From contig DASXQR010000072.1 of NCBI GenBank assembly GCA_036507075.1, forward strand, positions 1-37,598: a stretch of DNA of 37,598 nt, in the 5' to 3' direction. Numbering within the stretch: the first letter of the stretch is position 1; each line of letters begins with the position of its first letter. Shown in pieces: positions 16,568 to 25,386 of this stretch. This stretch comes from Acidobacteriota bacterium (GTDB lineage: Bacteria > Acidobacteriota > UBA6911 > JACQSX01). The translations under genes and the position numbers were made by a program. A model generated the notes under the pieces. The model made no database searches. It worked only from the letters and a program-made list of their open reading frames with translations, and was not told where the DNA came from.

Positions 16568-18973
16568 TCATTTCGCCGGCAATCGTCCCCTTACCGGCGC
16601 GGGCATCTTAGAACCTTCCCCATGGACCGACTGCCAGATCACCTGGTTGAGCAGCAGGTCGGGAGCAGCATCGATATCCTTGAAGTTCATCTGCGCCGAT
16701 TCCCTGGCGCCGGGCCCGCCCGCGGGATTCCTCTCGTCGAGCGGATATCGGGCCTGAATGGCCCGGTATGGAGTGAAGTCAGCCTCCCTGGTAAACAGCG
16801 CCGTCATGACCCGCGCCGCTGCGTCATACTGGCTCAAGGGTTTCAATCCCAGCAGCAGTTCGATCGTTCTGAGAACGCTGCAGGTCGTGTAATGCGTAGA
16901 GTCCAGCCAGTTTCGTTTCACGTACGGGCTGATCACCAGACAGATGCTGCGGTGCGCGTCGACATGATCCGGTCCGTTCTGCGCGTCGTCCTCCAAAACG
17001 AAGATCACTGTCTGTTTCCATGCGGGAGTATGGCTGATGGCTTCCACCACGCGCCCGAGAGCGAGATCATTGTCGGCAACCAGCGATCTGGGAGAGAGGC
17101 TGCCTGCCTTTGTTCCTGCCGTGTGGTCGTTGGGGAGTCTGACGATTTGCAGGCGTGGCAGATTATTCTCCCGCTCCAGCCGCACGAACTCGGAAATGAA
17201 TCGATCGGCGCGTTTTTGATCGGGATAATCCAAATCGAAACTGCGGAACTGAGGGTCAAAGTTGCCCTTCAATGTTTCCATCCGCGTGGACCCCTCCTGC
17301 TCCGGTTTTTCCGCATTGTCGATGAACTCACCGTAGCTGCGGAAAGTTATCCCGGCCCGTTTGGCCGCATCCCAGAGGTATCCAGCCGGCGGATAAACGG
17401 TCGCGTTTCCGCCTTCATAGTCGTAAATGCGGCCGCGCGATGCATAGGTGGAAGGCCAGAGTTTTTCAACATAGTCGGTGGCATACGCCCCCATAGACCA
17501 GTTGTGTCCGGTGGCGCTGACTTCAGCGTCGACATAAAAGTTGTCGAGCAGCGCAAATGAGTTTGCCAGCGCGTGATGGTTGGGTGTGATGGCTTCCCCG
17601 AACAGCGTCAAGGAACGATCGCCGTTTCCGCGAGGCAAATCGCCGAACACCTGATCGTAAGTTCGGTTCTCCTTGATGATGTAGACAACATACTTGATTC
17701 GCGGCGAACGGCTGCCGACGAATTGAGAAAAAAGTCCAGGCAGCGGTTCCTGGTTTATGCGCAGCAGCTGGTCACGATAGGGAGTGTTGCGGAAGGTTTG
17801 GTCCGTCAATGTCCGAAGCGTTTCCGTTGTGGGGTAAGGTATGATCGACAAGGAACCCTTCAGCAAGTCTCCGATGTATCCCCGGTCGGGATTCCATGGA
17901 TCGGGCCCCTGCGGGTTCGCTGCGCTCGAACCTTTTCCGTTGAGCGCGTAAACAGTCGCACCGTCGTCCGAGAATGACACTCCGGTCGGATACCAGCCTG
18001 TCGGTATGAAGCCTTTGATCAGGCTGCCCTTTCCGGCCGGATCCAGATGAATCACGGCGAGATTGTTATTGTCCGCGTTGGCGACTATCAGCGTCTTTCC
18101 ATCCGGCGAAAGCGCCAGCGCATTTGGGGTGCTGCCTTCGGGCGATTTTTCAGTGATCGCGGTCCTGATGTTTTCCAAAACGACCCCGGTTGTCAGGTCG
18201 ATCACCGAGACGGTATTGTCGCTGGCATTTGCCACCAGGAGGTAATTCCCCCCGGCCGCTAACTTCATGTCGTTGGGATGAAGTCCCACTCTGATGTTGT
18301 GAATCGTGCCTCCGGCCAGATCGATGACGCTGACCGAAGCGTCTCCCCAGTTTGAAACATAGAGAGTCTTGTCGTCTGGCGAGAGCACGCAGGCGTAAGG
18401 GTGTTTGCCCGTAGGATAGGCGCGCACCGTTTTTCCATTTGCCGTTTCAAGCACGCGTACTTCATTGGACAGGTTGCAAACGGCATACAGGCGCGATCCG
18501 TCGGCGCTCACCGCAAGCCCGCCCACAAAAACGTCGGCGTTTCGCGGCGGAGCCAGAACGATTTCGCCATCTGCCAGGTAACCTTTGCGTTCCTTGCGAA
18601 ATTTGAAAATCTTGTTATCGCCTCCTCCGGAAACATACAACTTGCGATCACGAACGCTGCGGGCCAGTCCCAGCCACGAATTCGGCAACGGGAACCGCTG
18701 CAAATCGGCGCCCTTCCCCAGATCAACCACCACCAGGCTGGGCTGGCGGTGGCCGTTATGCAGCACGATTGCCGTATTCTCGCGGTCATCTATCAGGAAA
18801 TTCAGCGGCAGCGTGTCCAACGGAATCTGCTGGCCTGCCGGCGAGATCTGCCAGCCGTTTGGCAGCCGGGTCACCGGAGAATTTGGAATGCTTTCGCGCG
18901 CGGCGATTCGAATCAAAAGAACAGACGAGACCAGACAAAACGCCAATGTGGTGAGGGCAAGAACTCGATTCAT
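16568..18973 (-). CDS. Secreted YncE/YVTN beta-propeller fused to a phosphoesterase (alkaline-phosphatase-superfamily) domain
   Basis: Signal peptide; LYVSNWG, VANASDNTVSVID, GFIPTGWYP; YIIKENRTYDQVFGD, PNHHALA, LPNDHT, EDDAQNGPDHVDAHRS. Confidence 0.9.
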   Translation of the reverse strand: MNRVLALTTLAFCLVSSVLLIRIAARESIPNSPVTRLPNGWQISPAGQQIPLDTLPLNFLIDDRENTAIVLHNGHRQPSLVVVDLGKGADLQRFPLPNSWLGLARSVRDRKLYVSGGGDNKIFKFRKERKGYLADGEIVLAPPRNADVFVGGLAVSADGSRLYAVCNLSNEVRVLETANGKTVRAYPTGKHPYACVLSPDDKTLYVSNWGDASVSVIDLAGGTIHNIRVGLHPNDMKLAAGGNYLLVANASDNTVSVIDLTTGVVLENIRTAITEKSPEGSTPNALALSPDGKTLIVANADNNNLAVIHLDPAGKGSLIKGFIPTGWYPTGVSFSDDGATVYALNGKGSSAANPQGPDPWNPDRGYIGDLLKGSLSIIPYPTTETLRTLTDQTFRNTPYRDQLLRINQEPLPGLFSQFVGSRSPRIKYVVYIIKENRTYDQVFGDLPRGNGDRSLTLFGEAITPNHHALANSFALLDNFYVDAEVSATGHNWSMGAYATDYVEKLWPSTYASRGRIYDYEGGNATVYPPAGYLWDAAKRAGITFRSYGEFIDNAEKPEQEGSTRMETLKGNFDPQFRSFDLDYPDQKRADRFISEFVRLERENNLPRLQIVRLPNDHTAGTKAGSLSPRSLVADNDLALGRVVEAISHTPAWKQTVIFVLEDDAQNGPDHVDAHRSICLVISPYVKRNWLDSTHYTTCSVLRTIELLLGLKPLSQYDAAARVMTALFTREADFTPYRAIQARYPLDERNPAGGPGARESAQMNFKDIDAAPDLLLNQVIWQSVHGEGSKMPAPVRGRLPAK

Positions 18974-19046
18974 CCGGCGACATTACCCGCCGGGCACGAA
19001 GACTGTCAATCATCCATAGTTAAGAAACGCCAGCCGCTAACCGCCT

Positions 19047-19169
19047 CGAATGCGGATTTCGGAATGCGGAATGCGGAATAGCGAGGCAATTGGGTCGGCC
19101 TTGAAAAATTAGGTTTGCCTATATTCCGCACTCCGCATTCCGCACTCCGCATTCCGCACTCCGCATTCG
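19047..19169. repeat. Foldback element with inverted AATGCGG heptamer arrays, copy 2
   Basis: Homologous to 12106-12214; longer right array. Confidence 0.9.
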
Positions 19170-19258
19170 CATTTACAGTTAGAATCGGCAGCCGAAGCAT
19201 CCCTGATCATTTACCTCCGTGATTAAATGAAATTAACAACAGGGAGCGAGGTATTTGT

Positions 19259-20293
19259 ATGCTTAGAAAAGTCTTATCGGTAATTGTCGTCTTTGGTTTT
19301 TTGGGAATGGCGCTGGCGGCCGACACGGTTTATCTCCGCAACGGCGGTGTTGTAAGCGGCAATATCCGCTCGTTTGAAAACAATCGCTTCATCATTTCAA
19401 CCGCGAATAGACGGGATTCAGGGGCCGACGCTGTCGTCAATGTTCGGGATGTCCTGCGAATTCAATTTGATGCGCAGGGTACGGCGCAACTTCGCGAAGT
19501 TCGGCGCAGCCTGGATGTGTTCGCCACACAGCCGCTGTCATCCAGCGGAGTGATCGTGAGGAATGGAGACAGGGTGATTGTCGAAGCCAGCGGAGAAATC
19601 TATCTGGATCGGAATCGAAGAAGCGGTTCTGGCGGATTGACCACATCCACCTCAGGTAAACCACTGGCTCGCGAAAACTGGGGAGCCCTGTACGCCACTG
19701 TCGGAAATTATCCCAATGAGGCATTTGTTGTCGGGCAGCGTAAGGAGTTCTTCGCTCCGCGCGACGGCGAGATTTTCTTTGGGATCAATGATGGATTTCT
19801 GGCCGACAACAGCGGAAGCTTTCGCTTAACGATCATAACGTTTGAGCCTGAAGAGAACACAGCAGGAGCGAGTCGTCGCGAAGCATTTCCTCAGGAAGAG
19901 GGATTGGTTGAAAGCCGCGTCGAGGCTCGGGCAGACATGCCCTGGACCGATACCGGTATCCGGCTTCGCGCAGGAGATAGAGTGGTCCTGGATGCCTCGG
20001 GCAGCATAGAGGTGGCCCGCAACAAACCCAGCGGACCCGAGGGGGTCACTGCGGGTCTGCTCGGAACACTGCTTGGGACTATGACTGTTCCCAATCAGCA
20101 GCAGGGAGCCCTTCTGGGTCAGATTCGCGGGGATCAAAATTCGGAGATCTTTCTTGTAGGCAATCACGCCGAACTGGTTGTACCGGTAAACGGAACGTTG
20201 TTTTTGGGTATTAACGACGATAACTTTTCCAACAACAGCGGATCGTACGTGGTCACTGTCCGGAGCCCGCAGGGTCGGTCTCGCCGCTTCTAG
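19259..20293 (+). CDS. Secreted protein with two tandem LecA/PA-IL-like beta-sandwich domains
   Basis: Signal peptide ending ALA; two internal repeats GDRV...ASG.I...G..F.GIND....NSGS; SD GAGG. Confidence 0.7.
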   Translation: MLRKVLSVIVVFGFLGMALAADTVYLRNGGVVSGNIRSFENNRFIISTANRRDSGADAVVNVRDVLRIQFDAQGTAQLREVRRSLDVFATQPLSSSGVIVRNGDRVIVEASGEIYLDRNRRSGSGGLTTSTSGKPLARENWGALYATVGNYPNEAFVVGQRKEFFAPRDGEIFFGINDGFLADNSGSFRLTIITFEPEENTAGASRREAFPQEEGLVESRVEARADMPWTDTGIRLRAGDRVVLDASGSIEVARNKPSGPEGVTAGLLGTLLGTMTVPNQQQGALLGQIRGDQNSEIFLVGNHAELVVPVNGTLFLGINDDNFSNNSGSYVVTVRSPQGRSRRF

Positions 20294-20319
20294 GGGCTAT
20301 TTCTATCTGCTTCAATAAC

Positions 20320-20349
20320 TTAGGGGGGACCGGAGACGGTCTCCCCTAA
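20320..20349 (+). terminator. Hairpin downstream of the LecA-like gene, possible terminator
   Basis: TTAGGGGGGACCG-GAGA-CGGTCTCCCCTAA stem with GNRA loop; no U-tract. Confidence 0.45.
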
Positions 20350-20532
20350 ACAATGGCCTTTATTCACAAGCACCTTTCCCGCATAATTCGTATCTTGTGG
20401 CAGTCTCATAGTTAACAGTCAAGGCAAGGTCACGCCCGCAAGGACAGCATCCAAATGGAGAATGCGTCCGCGGGTAAGTGGATTTTTCTTGATCCGACAG
20501 CAATTTGGCGTCCCCTGGAGGACCTCACACAC

Positions 20533-22086
20533 GTGAAACTAAAACCATTCAAGAACGAACCGCCTGTCGATTTCTCCAAGCCCCGAGAGGCGGCAAAGAT
20601 GAAGCGTGCTATCGATTCGGTGCGAGGCAAGCTGGGCAAGGAGCATCCCATTTGGATCGGCGCGCAGAAATTCCAGAGTCCGGACAAGTTTCGATCCTAC
20701 AACCCAGCTCATCGCGCCCAGGTCATCGGCGTTTTTCAAAAAGGGACACCCGAGCACGCCGACAAGGCAGTGCAGGCGGCACATCAGGCATTCAGAAGCT
20801 GGAGTGCGGTCTCGCCGGAAAAACGTGCGCAATATCTGATCAAAGTGGCGTCCGTCATGCGAAAGCGGAAGTTCGAGATGGCCGCCTGGCTGGTGTTTGA
20901 GGTTGGAAAGTCATGGGTGGAGGCGGATGCCGACGTCGCCGAAGCGATTGATTTTGCGGAGTTCTATGCCCGCGAAATGCTGCGGCTCGGCGGTCCCCAG
21001 CCCCTGGTCAGGTTCGCCGGGGAGCGCAACGAACTTCGCTACATACCGCTGGGAGTGGGGATTGTCATTCCTCCATGGAATTTTCCGTTGGCTATTATGG
21101 CGGGTATGGCTTTTGCATCGATTGTCGCCGGGAATACCGTGGTTCTCAAGCCCTCGAGCGACGCGCCGGCGATTGCCGCTCAGTTAATGCAGATTTTCGC
21201 TGAAGTGGGATTGCCGCCCGGCGTGGTGAACCTCCTGACAGGCAGCGGAGCAGAGATCGGTAATGCCCTGGTAGCGCATCCCAAGACTCGCTACGTCGCT
21301 TTCACCGGCTCAAAGGAAGTCGGGCTGCATATCAACCAGCTTGCCTCCCAGGTCCAGAACGGGCAGATGTGGATCAAGCGCGTGATCGCCGAAATGGGCG
21401 GGAAAGACAGCATTATTGTCGATTCCGATGTTGACCTGGACAAGGCTGCCGACGGCGTAGTCGCTTCCGCTTTCGGTTATCAGGGCCAGAAATGTTCCGC
21501 CTGCTCGCGCGTGATTGTCGTCGATAAAGTTTACGATAAGTTCGTGAGCCGCCTGGTGGCCAGAACCCAACAGTTGCACATGGGGCCGCCGGACGATCCT
21601 TCGGTGAATTTTGGACCGGTGATCAATGATGGCGCGATGCGCAAGATCACAAGCTACATTGAAAAAGGAAAGGGCGAAGGAAAACTGCTCACTGGAGGTT
21701 CGATTCATCAGGAACAGGGATTCTTTGTCGAGCCCACAATCATCGCCGATGTCATGCCGGGCGCGGCAATCGCTCAAGAAGAGATCTTTGGTCCGGTACT
21801 CGCGGTCATGCGTGCAAAAGATTACGACGAGGCGCTGCGGATTGCCAACAATACAGAATATGGCTTAACCGGCGCCGTCTATACGAAATCCAAAAAGAAG
21901 ATCGCCCAGGCAAAGCAGCAATTCCACGTAGGGAATCTTTACTTCAACCGGAAGTGTACCGGGGCCCTGGTGGGTGTTCATCCGTTCGGTGGCTTCAACA
22001 TGTCCGGCACGGATTCGAAAGCCGGCGGGCGTGACTATCTGTTGCTGTTTACCCAGGCCAAGGTAATGTCGGAGAAAGTGCGCTAG
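20533..22086 (+). CDS. pruA: L-glutamate gamma-semialdehyde (P5C) dehydrogenase, RocA/PruA type
   Basis: PFKNEP, EAIDFAEFY, PPWNFPLAI, FTGSKEVG, AEMGGKD, GQKCSACSR, EEIFGP, PFGGFNMSGTDSKAGG; GTG 20533 after GGAGG gives 517 aa. Confidence 0.93.
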   Translation: MKLKPFKNEPPVDFSKPREAAKMKRAIDSVRGKLGKEHPIWIGAQKFQSPDKFRSYNPAHRAQVIGVFQKGTPEHADKAVQAAHQAFRSWSAVSPEKRAQYLIKVASVMRKRKFEMAAWLVFEVGKSWVEADADVAEAIDFAEFYAREMLRLGGPQPLVRFAGERNELRYIPLGVGIVIPPWNFPLAIMAGMAFASIVAGNTVVLKPSSDAPAIAAQLMQIFAEVGLPPGVVNLLTGSGAEIGNALVAHPKTRYVAFTGSKEVGLHINQLASQVQNGQMWIKRVIAEMGGKDSIIVDSDVDLDKAADGVVASAFGYQGQKCSACSRVIVVDKVYDKFVSRLVARTQQLHMGPPDDPSVNFGPVINDGAMRKITSYIEKGKGEGKLLTGGSIHQEQGFFVEPTIIADVMPGAAIAQEEIFGPVLAVMRAKDYDEALRIANNTEYGLTGAVYTKSKKKIAQAKQQFHVGNLYFNRKCTGALVGVHPFGGFNMSGTDSKAGGRDYLLLFTQAKVMSEKVR

Positions 22087-22116
22087 TACCTACTTTCAAA
22101 AATCCGAGTAAGAATT

Positions 22117-22264
22117 CTTTAACCACAAAGGCACAAAGAAAGACGTGGGGCAGGCAGAGGCCGGTCATCTGTCCTAAAGTAAGAGCGGTAGGATGTTTCC
22201 AGCTGACCGGCCTCTGCCTGCCCCACGTCTTCCCTTTGTGTCCTTCGTGACTTTGTGGTTAAAG
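22117..22264. repeat. 148-bp nested foldback: nonamer outer arms plus 28-bp perfect inner inverted repeat
   Basis: CTTTAACCACAAAG / CTTTGTGGTTAAAG; 22140-22167 is the exact reverse complement of 22204-22231. Confidence 0.9.
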
Positions 22265-22308
22265 TTTCATGCGCGAACTTTTGTAAGTACCAGGCAATCG
22301 CAAATTCA

Positions 22309-22725
22309 ATGGTCTGGCTGCTCACATTTCTTTCAGTGTTTGGATTCCTGATTGCCGGCTACTTCACTGCCATTACTTATCGATGGATTAACCCGCAAGC
22401 CGGTTACCTTCCTCAATTTTGCCGCATGGGTGAGAAGACGTGTGCCGCCGTCGTATTTACGCCCCGTGCCCGCGTGTTTGGAGTTCCCAATTCTCTCCTG
22501 GGGCAGATCTATTACATCCTGCTGGTCTTTACTCTCTGGAGAGGATGGCTCTGGCAGGCGCCGGTTTACGGAATCGTGCTGGCGGTATCCACGCTGACGG
22601 TGATTCTGGGAGCATATCTGACTTACTCGCTGCTGTTTTTGACGCGAATCCCGTGCAAGCTTTGTTTCACCGGTCATGCCATCAATGCCGCCATCTGGAT
22701 CATCCTGGTAGCGGGTGACGCGTGA
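22309..22725 (+). CDS. Vitamin K epoxide reductase (VKOR) family protein
   Basis: Loop cysteines FCRMGEKTCAAV, VFGVPNSLLG, CKLC redox motif, about 4 TM helices; ATG 22309. Confidence 0.85.
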   Translation: MVWLLTFLSVFGFLIAGYFTAITYRWINPQAGYLPQFCRMGEKTCAAVVFTPRARVFGVPNSLLGQIYYILLVFTLWRGWLWQAPVYGIVLAVSTLTVILGAYLTYSLLFLTRIPCKLCFTGHAINAAIWIILVAGDA

Positions 22726-22776
22726 ATCTTCGCGCTCTCGTGTAACACTGTGGAGTTTGAACATTTTAAGAGCGGA

Positions 22777-22859
22777 GAGACGGCCCGATGGCCGTCTCGG
22801 GCGAAGTCGACGGCAGGGCAATCCCGCGACATTCCTTGAGACGTCCCTCAGGACGTCTC
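22777..22859. repeat. Pair of REP-like hairpins
   Basis: GAGACGGCC-CGAT-GGCCGTCTC (22777-22798) and GAGACGTCC-CTCA-GGACGTCTC (22838-22859). Confidence 0.75.
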
Positions 22860-22945
22860 TCCGCGCGGCGAAGCCGCTATCCCTGTCCGATTTTTTCACT
22901 CCGGTGGCTCGCGCGTGGTCAGCCCGTCATTTCCAAAAAAAATTT

Positions 22946-22972
22946 TGCATTCGATCTGACCGCTGGTGCGTA
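22946..22972 (+). promoter_or_regulatory. Candidate ECF-type (autoregulatory) promoter
   Basis: TGCATT-N17-CGTA preceded by an A/T tract, about 40 nt upstream of the sigma gene. Confidence 0.35.
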
Positions 22973-23009
22973 TTTGTCCATCGAAGAAGGCAAGGGACGG
23001 ATACGCCGG

Positions 23010-23552
23010 GTGACCGTGCAGCGTATGGAGCAAATGGCATCTCAATTGCGGGACGACGATCCGACGGGTTTCGCCGCAATTGTTGGCCAACACCAGTCAA
23101 TGGTTTTCAGCCTGGCCTATCATTTTCTACGAAACAGGGCCCAAGCCGAAGATATAGCGCAGGAGGTTTTTCTCAGCCTCTATCGGAATCTGGCTGCTAT
23201 CGAATCGCCGGAGCATCTGAGGTTCTGGTTGCGCAAGGCGGCCTGCCGCCGCTGCCTGGATTGCGCCCGGCGGCAGAAGCTGCGTCGTTTTCTAAGACTC
23301 GAGGACGTTCCTGAGCCCGTGATTGCAGCGCCGGTTCCGGATCCGATGCTGCGACAAATGCTCCTCCGGTTAGTGGCATCGCTGCCGGAAAAACAACGGA
23401 TGATTCTTGTGCTCCGCTACCAGGAAGACTTGGACCCGGCAGAGATCGCCCGGGTTCTGGATATTCCCCTGAACACCGTCAAGAGTTACCTCCAGCGCTC
23501 ACTCAACGCGCTGAGGGACAAAGTGAAGCGTTGTATCGACAAGGTGGGATGA
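23010..23552 (+). CDS. ECF RNA polymerase sigma factor
   Basis: AEDIAQEVFL, RFWLRK (region 2); LPEKQRMILVLRY..EIARVLDIPLNTVKSYLQR (region 4); start GTG 23010 or ATG 23025. Confidence 0.92.
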   Translation: MTVQRMEQMASQLRDDDPTGFAAIVGQHQSMVFSLAYHFLRNRAQAEDIAQEVFLSLYRNLAAIESPEHLRFWLRKAACRRCLDCARRQKLRRFLRLEDVPEPVIAAPVPDPMLRQMLLRLVASLPEKQRMILVLRYQEDLDPAEIARVLDIPLNTVKSYLQRSLNALRDKVKRCIDKVG

Positions 23553-23908
23553 TGAATCTGGATGAACAGTTGAAATTCGGCCTGCGCCGCAAGGAACCGC
23601 CGGTGGGATTCGCCGACAGGGTTTTGGCAGAGGTTGCAGGGACTTCCGGAAATGCGACGTCCCGACCGGTGCGGGGACATCGTGATGCAGGATACCTCTC
23701 CTGGTGGCGGTCCGTAACCAGAAGGTGGATCCTCGCCGGTGCGCTGGCAAGCCTGACGATTGCGACCGTTTTGCTGCAGCAGCAAAGGCATCGGGCCGAA
23801 GGTGAAGCCGCGAAAGAGCAGCTAATGCTGGCTCTTCGCATTACCAGCTCCAAGCTCAACGAAGCACAGAGAATGGTTCAGGAACAGAATGAAACAGGAA
23901 GGCATTGA
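23549..23908 (+). CDS. Putative membrane anti-sigma factor
   Basis: ATGA overlap with sigma; LRRKEPPVGFADRVL cytoplasmic part, one TM helix, C-terminal coiled coil. Confidence 0.7.
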   Translation: MMNLDEQLKFGLRRKEPPVGFADRVLAEVAGTSGNATSRPVRGHRDAGYLSWWRSVTRRWILAGALASLTIATVLLQQQRHRAEGEAAKEQLMLALRITSSKLNEAQRMVQEQNETGRH

Positions 23909-23931
23909 GGGATTTAACTATGGGAGGAAAG

Positions 23932-24492
23932 ATGAAGACAGTAAGGCTGGCTTCTATTGCATTGCTGAGTGCGACGCTGTGGATAAGCGCCGCATTCGGC
24001 CAGCAGGGAAAGCTCAAGATTGACAGTATCGAAAGACTTTCGGCAAGAGCGGCGGAGGTTGTTGACGTTACTCTGGATGAATCATTGCTGCAGCTCGCCG
24101 GGAAATTCCTGTCATCGAAGCGCTCGCCCGACGAGGCGCGAGCCAAGGATTTGATCAACGACTTGAAAGGAGTCTATGTAAAGAGGTTCGGGTTTGACCG
24201 GGAAGGCGAGTATACCGAATCCGACTTAGAACCGATCCGCGCGCAGTTGCGTGCTCCGGGATGGTCGCGCATTGTGGCCGTGCGCAGCACCCGGGATATC
24301 AAGAATATCGAAGTTTTTATCAACTTTGACGGAAATGTAATTAAAGGCATTTCGGTGGTGGCTGCCGAGCCCAGGGAACTGACCGTGGTGAACGTGATCG
24401 GTCCAATCGATATCGACAAGCTGAGCGCTTTTGAAGGCCAGTTCGGGATTCCCCGGCTCGGTCTGGAGCGCACCGATCGAGGAAAACAATAA
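23932..24492 (+). CDS. DUF4252 family secreted protein
   Basis: SD GGAGG; signal peptide; VVDVTLD, LKGVYVKRF, GWSRIV, EPRELTVVNVIGPID, GQFGIP. Confidence 0.8.
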   Translation: MKTVRLASIALLSATLWISAAFGQQGKLKIDSIERLSARAAEVVDVTLDESLLQLAGKFLSSKRSPDEARAKDLINDLKGVYVKRFGFDREGEYTESDLEPIRAQLRAPGWSRIVAVRSTRDIKNIEVFINFDGNVIKGISVVAAEPRELTVVNVIGPIDIDKLSAFEGQFGIPRLGLERTDRGKQ

Positions 24493-25031
24493 TGAGAAAC
24501 TCGTCGCGCTATCTGATCAGGTCAGCTCTCGCCGCGACGCTGGCGCTTTGCCCGGTGCAGGTTTCGGCGAAAGACAGAGGCTTCAGTTTGCTCGTGGAGC
24601 ATGTCAGGACCAACTACAAGGCGCATCGACAAAGTCTTTATGGGCTGGGGATGCTGAGCCGGATGGCGGTCAAAGTGGTGCGCCCGGCTGGTGTGAAGAA
24701 TTTGAAGTACACGATCCTGAGAGATCTCGAAACCCCCGCTCACCTTGACGAAGCCGGGTTACTGGCATCGATGCAACAAGCGGTCACACCTTACTGGCGC
24801 CCGATGATGCAGTTTCACTCGCGGCGCAATGGCCAATGGACGTCGATTTACGTTCAGCAGGCAAAGAAAGATATCAAGCTGCTGATTGTCACGCGCAACG
24901 CGCGGGACGCGTTTGTGGCACAGGCCAAACTGGATCCGGACAAGCTGGTGAAGTTCATCGACGATCCATCCATTCTGGGAATACCGCTGGGAAACCACGG
25001 TGCGTCGAATCAATCTGGGTCTACGCCCTGA
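24492..25031 (+). CDS. Secreted hypothetical protein, possibly DUF4252-related
   Basis: TAATG coupling; signal peptide; GVKNLK, WRPMM pattern. Confidence 0.65.
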   Translation: MRNSSRYLIRSALAATLALCPVQVSAKDRGFSLLVEHVRTNYKAHRQSLYGLGMLSRMAVKVVRPAGVKNLKYTILRDLETPAHLDEAGLLASMQQAVTPYWRPMMQFHSRRNGQWTSIYVQQAKKDIKLLIVTRNARDAFVAQAKLDPDKLVKFIDDPSILGIPLGNHGASNQSGSTP

Positions 25032-25045
25032 AAGCCGGCCGACAC

Positions 25046-25177
25046 AAAGCAGCGCTACAGTACCACGATCCGTCAGGTCGCGGCGCCACAATGCGTCGAG
25101 TCTCATTTCAAGCCGCGCAAGTGTCATCTCCAGACCCGCCACTCCGGCTCGCCGCCACCTGACGGATGCGGTACTGA
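25046..25177. mobile_element. ~130-bp REPIN/MITE-like element, copy 2
   Basis: AAAGCAGCGCTACAGTACCACGATCCGTCAGGTCGCGGCG ... CGCCGCCACCTGACGGATGCGGTACTGA; interior also aligns with 14003-14131. Confidence 0.8.
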
Positions 25178-25198
25178 TGCGGCAGTATCGTAGTGAAC

Positions 25199-25386
25199 CT
25201 AGGAGCCCGTCCGAGAATTCGACGCCACCGGGCTTGCCCCGGTGGTGAGAGCGATTTTCACTAGATCGCACCCACTACTATTGATAGATCGAAGGTGGGA
25301 GGGGTGAGTGAGTCGAGCTTCTAGTGAAAATCGTACTCACCACCGGGGCAAGCCCGGTGGCGTCGAATTCTCGGACAGGCTCCTAG
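25199..25386. mobile_element. Foldback MITE-like element with ~67-bp inverted arms bounded by CTAG
   Basis: CTAGGAGCCCGTCCGAGAATTCGACGCCACCGGGCTTGCCCCGGTGGTGAG..TTTTCACTAGA mirrored at 25320-25386; each arm has an internal CCACCGGG..CCCGGTGG hairpin. Confidence 0.85.

Noticed and set aside
16374..16757. 127-aa ORF with FRVAG/PVTRK repeats
   Set aside because: Translation of the 15-bp DNA repeat; its 3' half is antisense to the phosphoesterase gene
22788..23009. Long N-terminal extension of the ECF sigma factor
   Set aside because: Begins inside a REP hairpin and crosses the probable promoter
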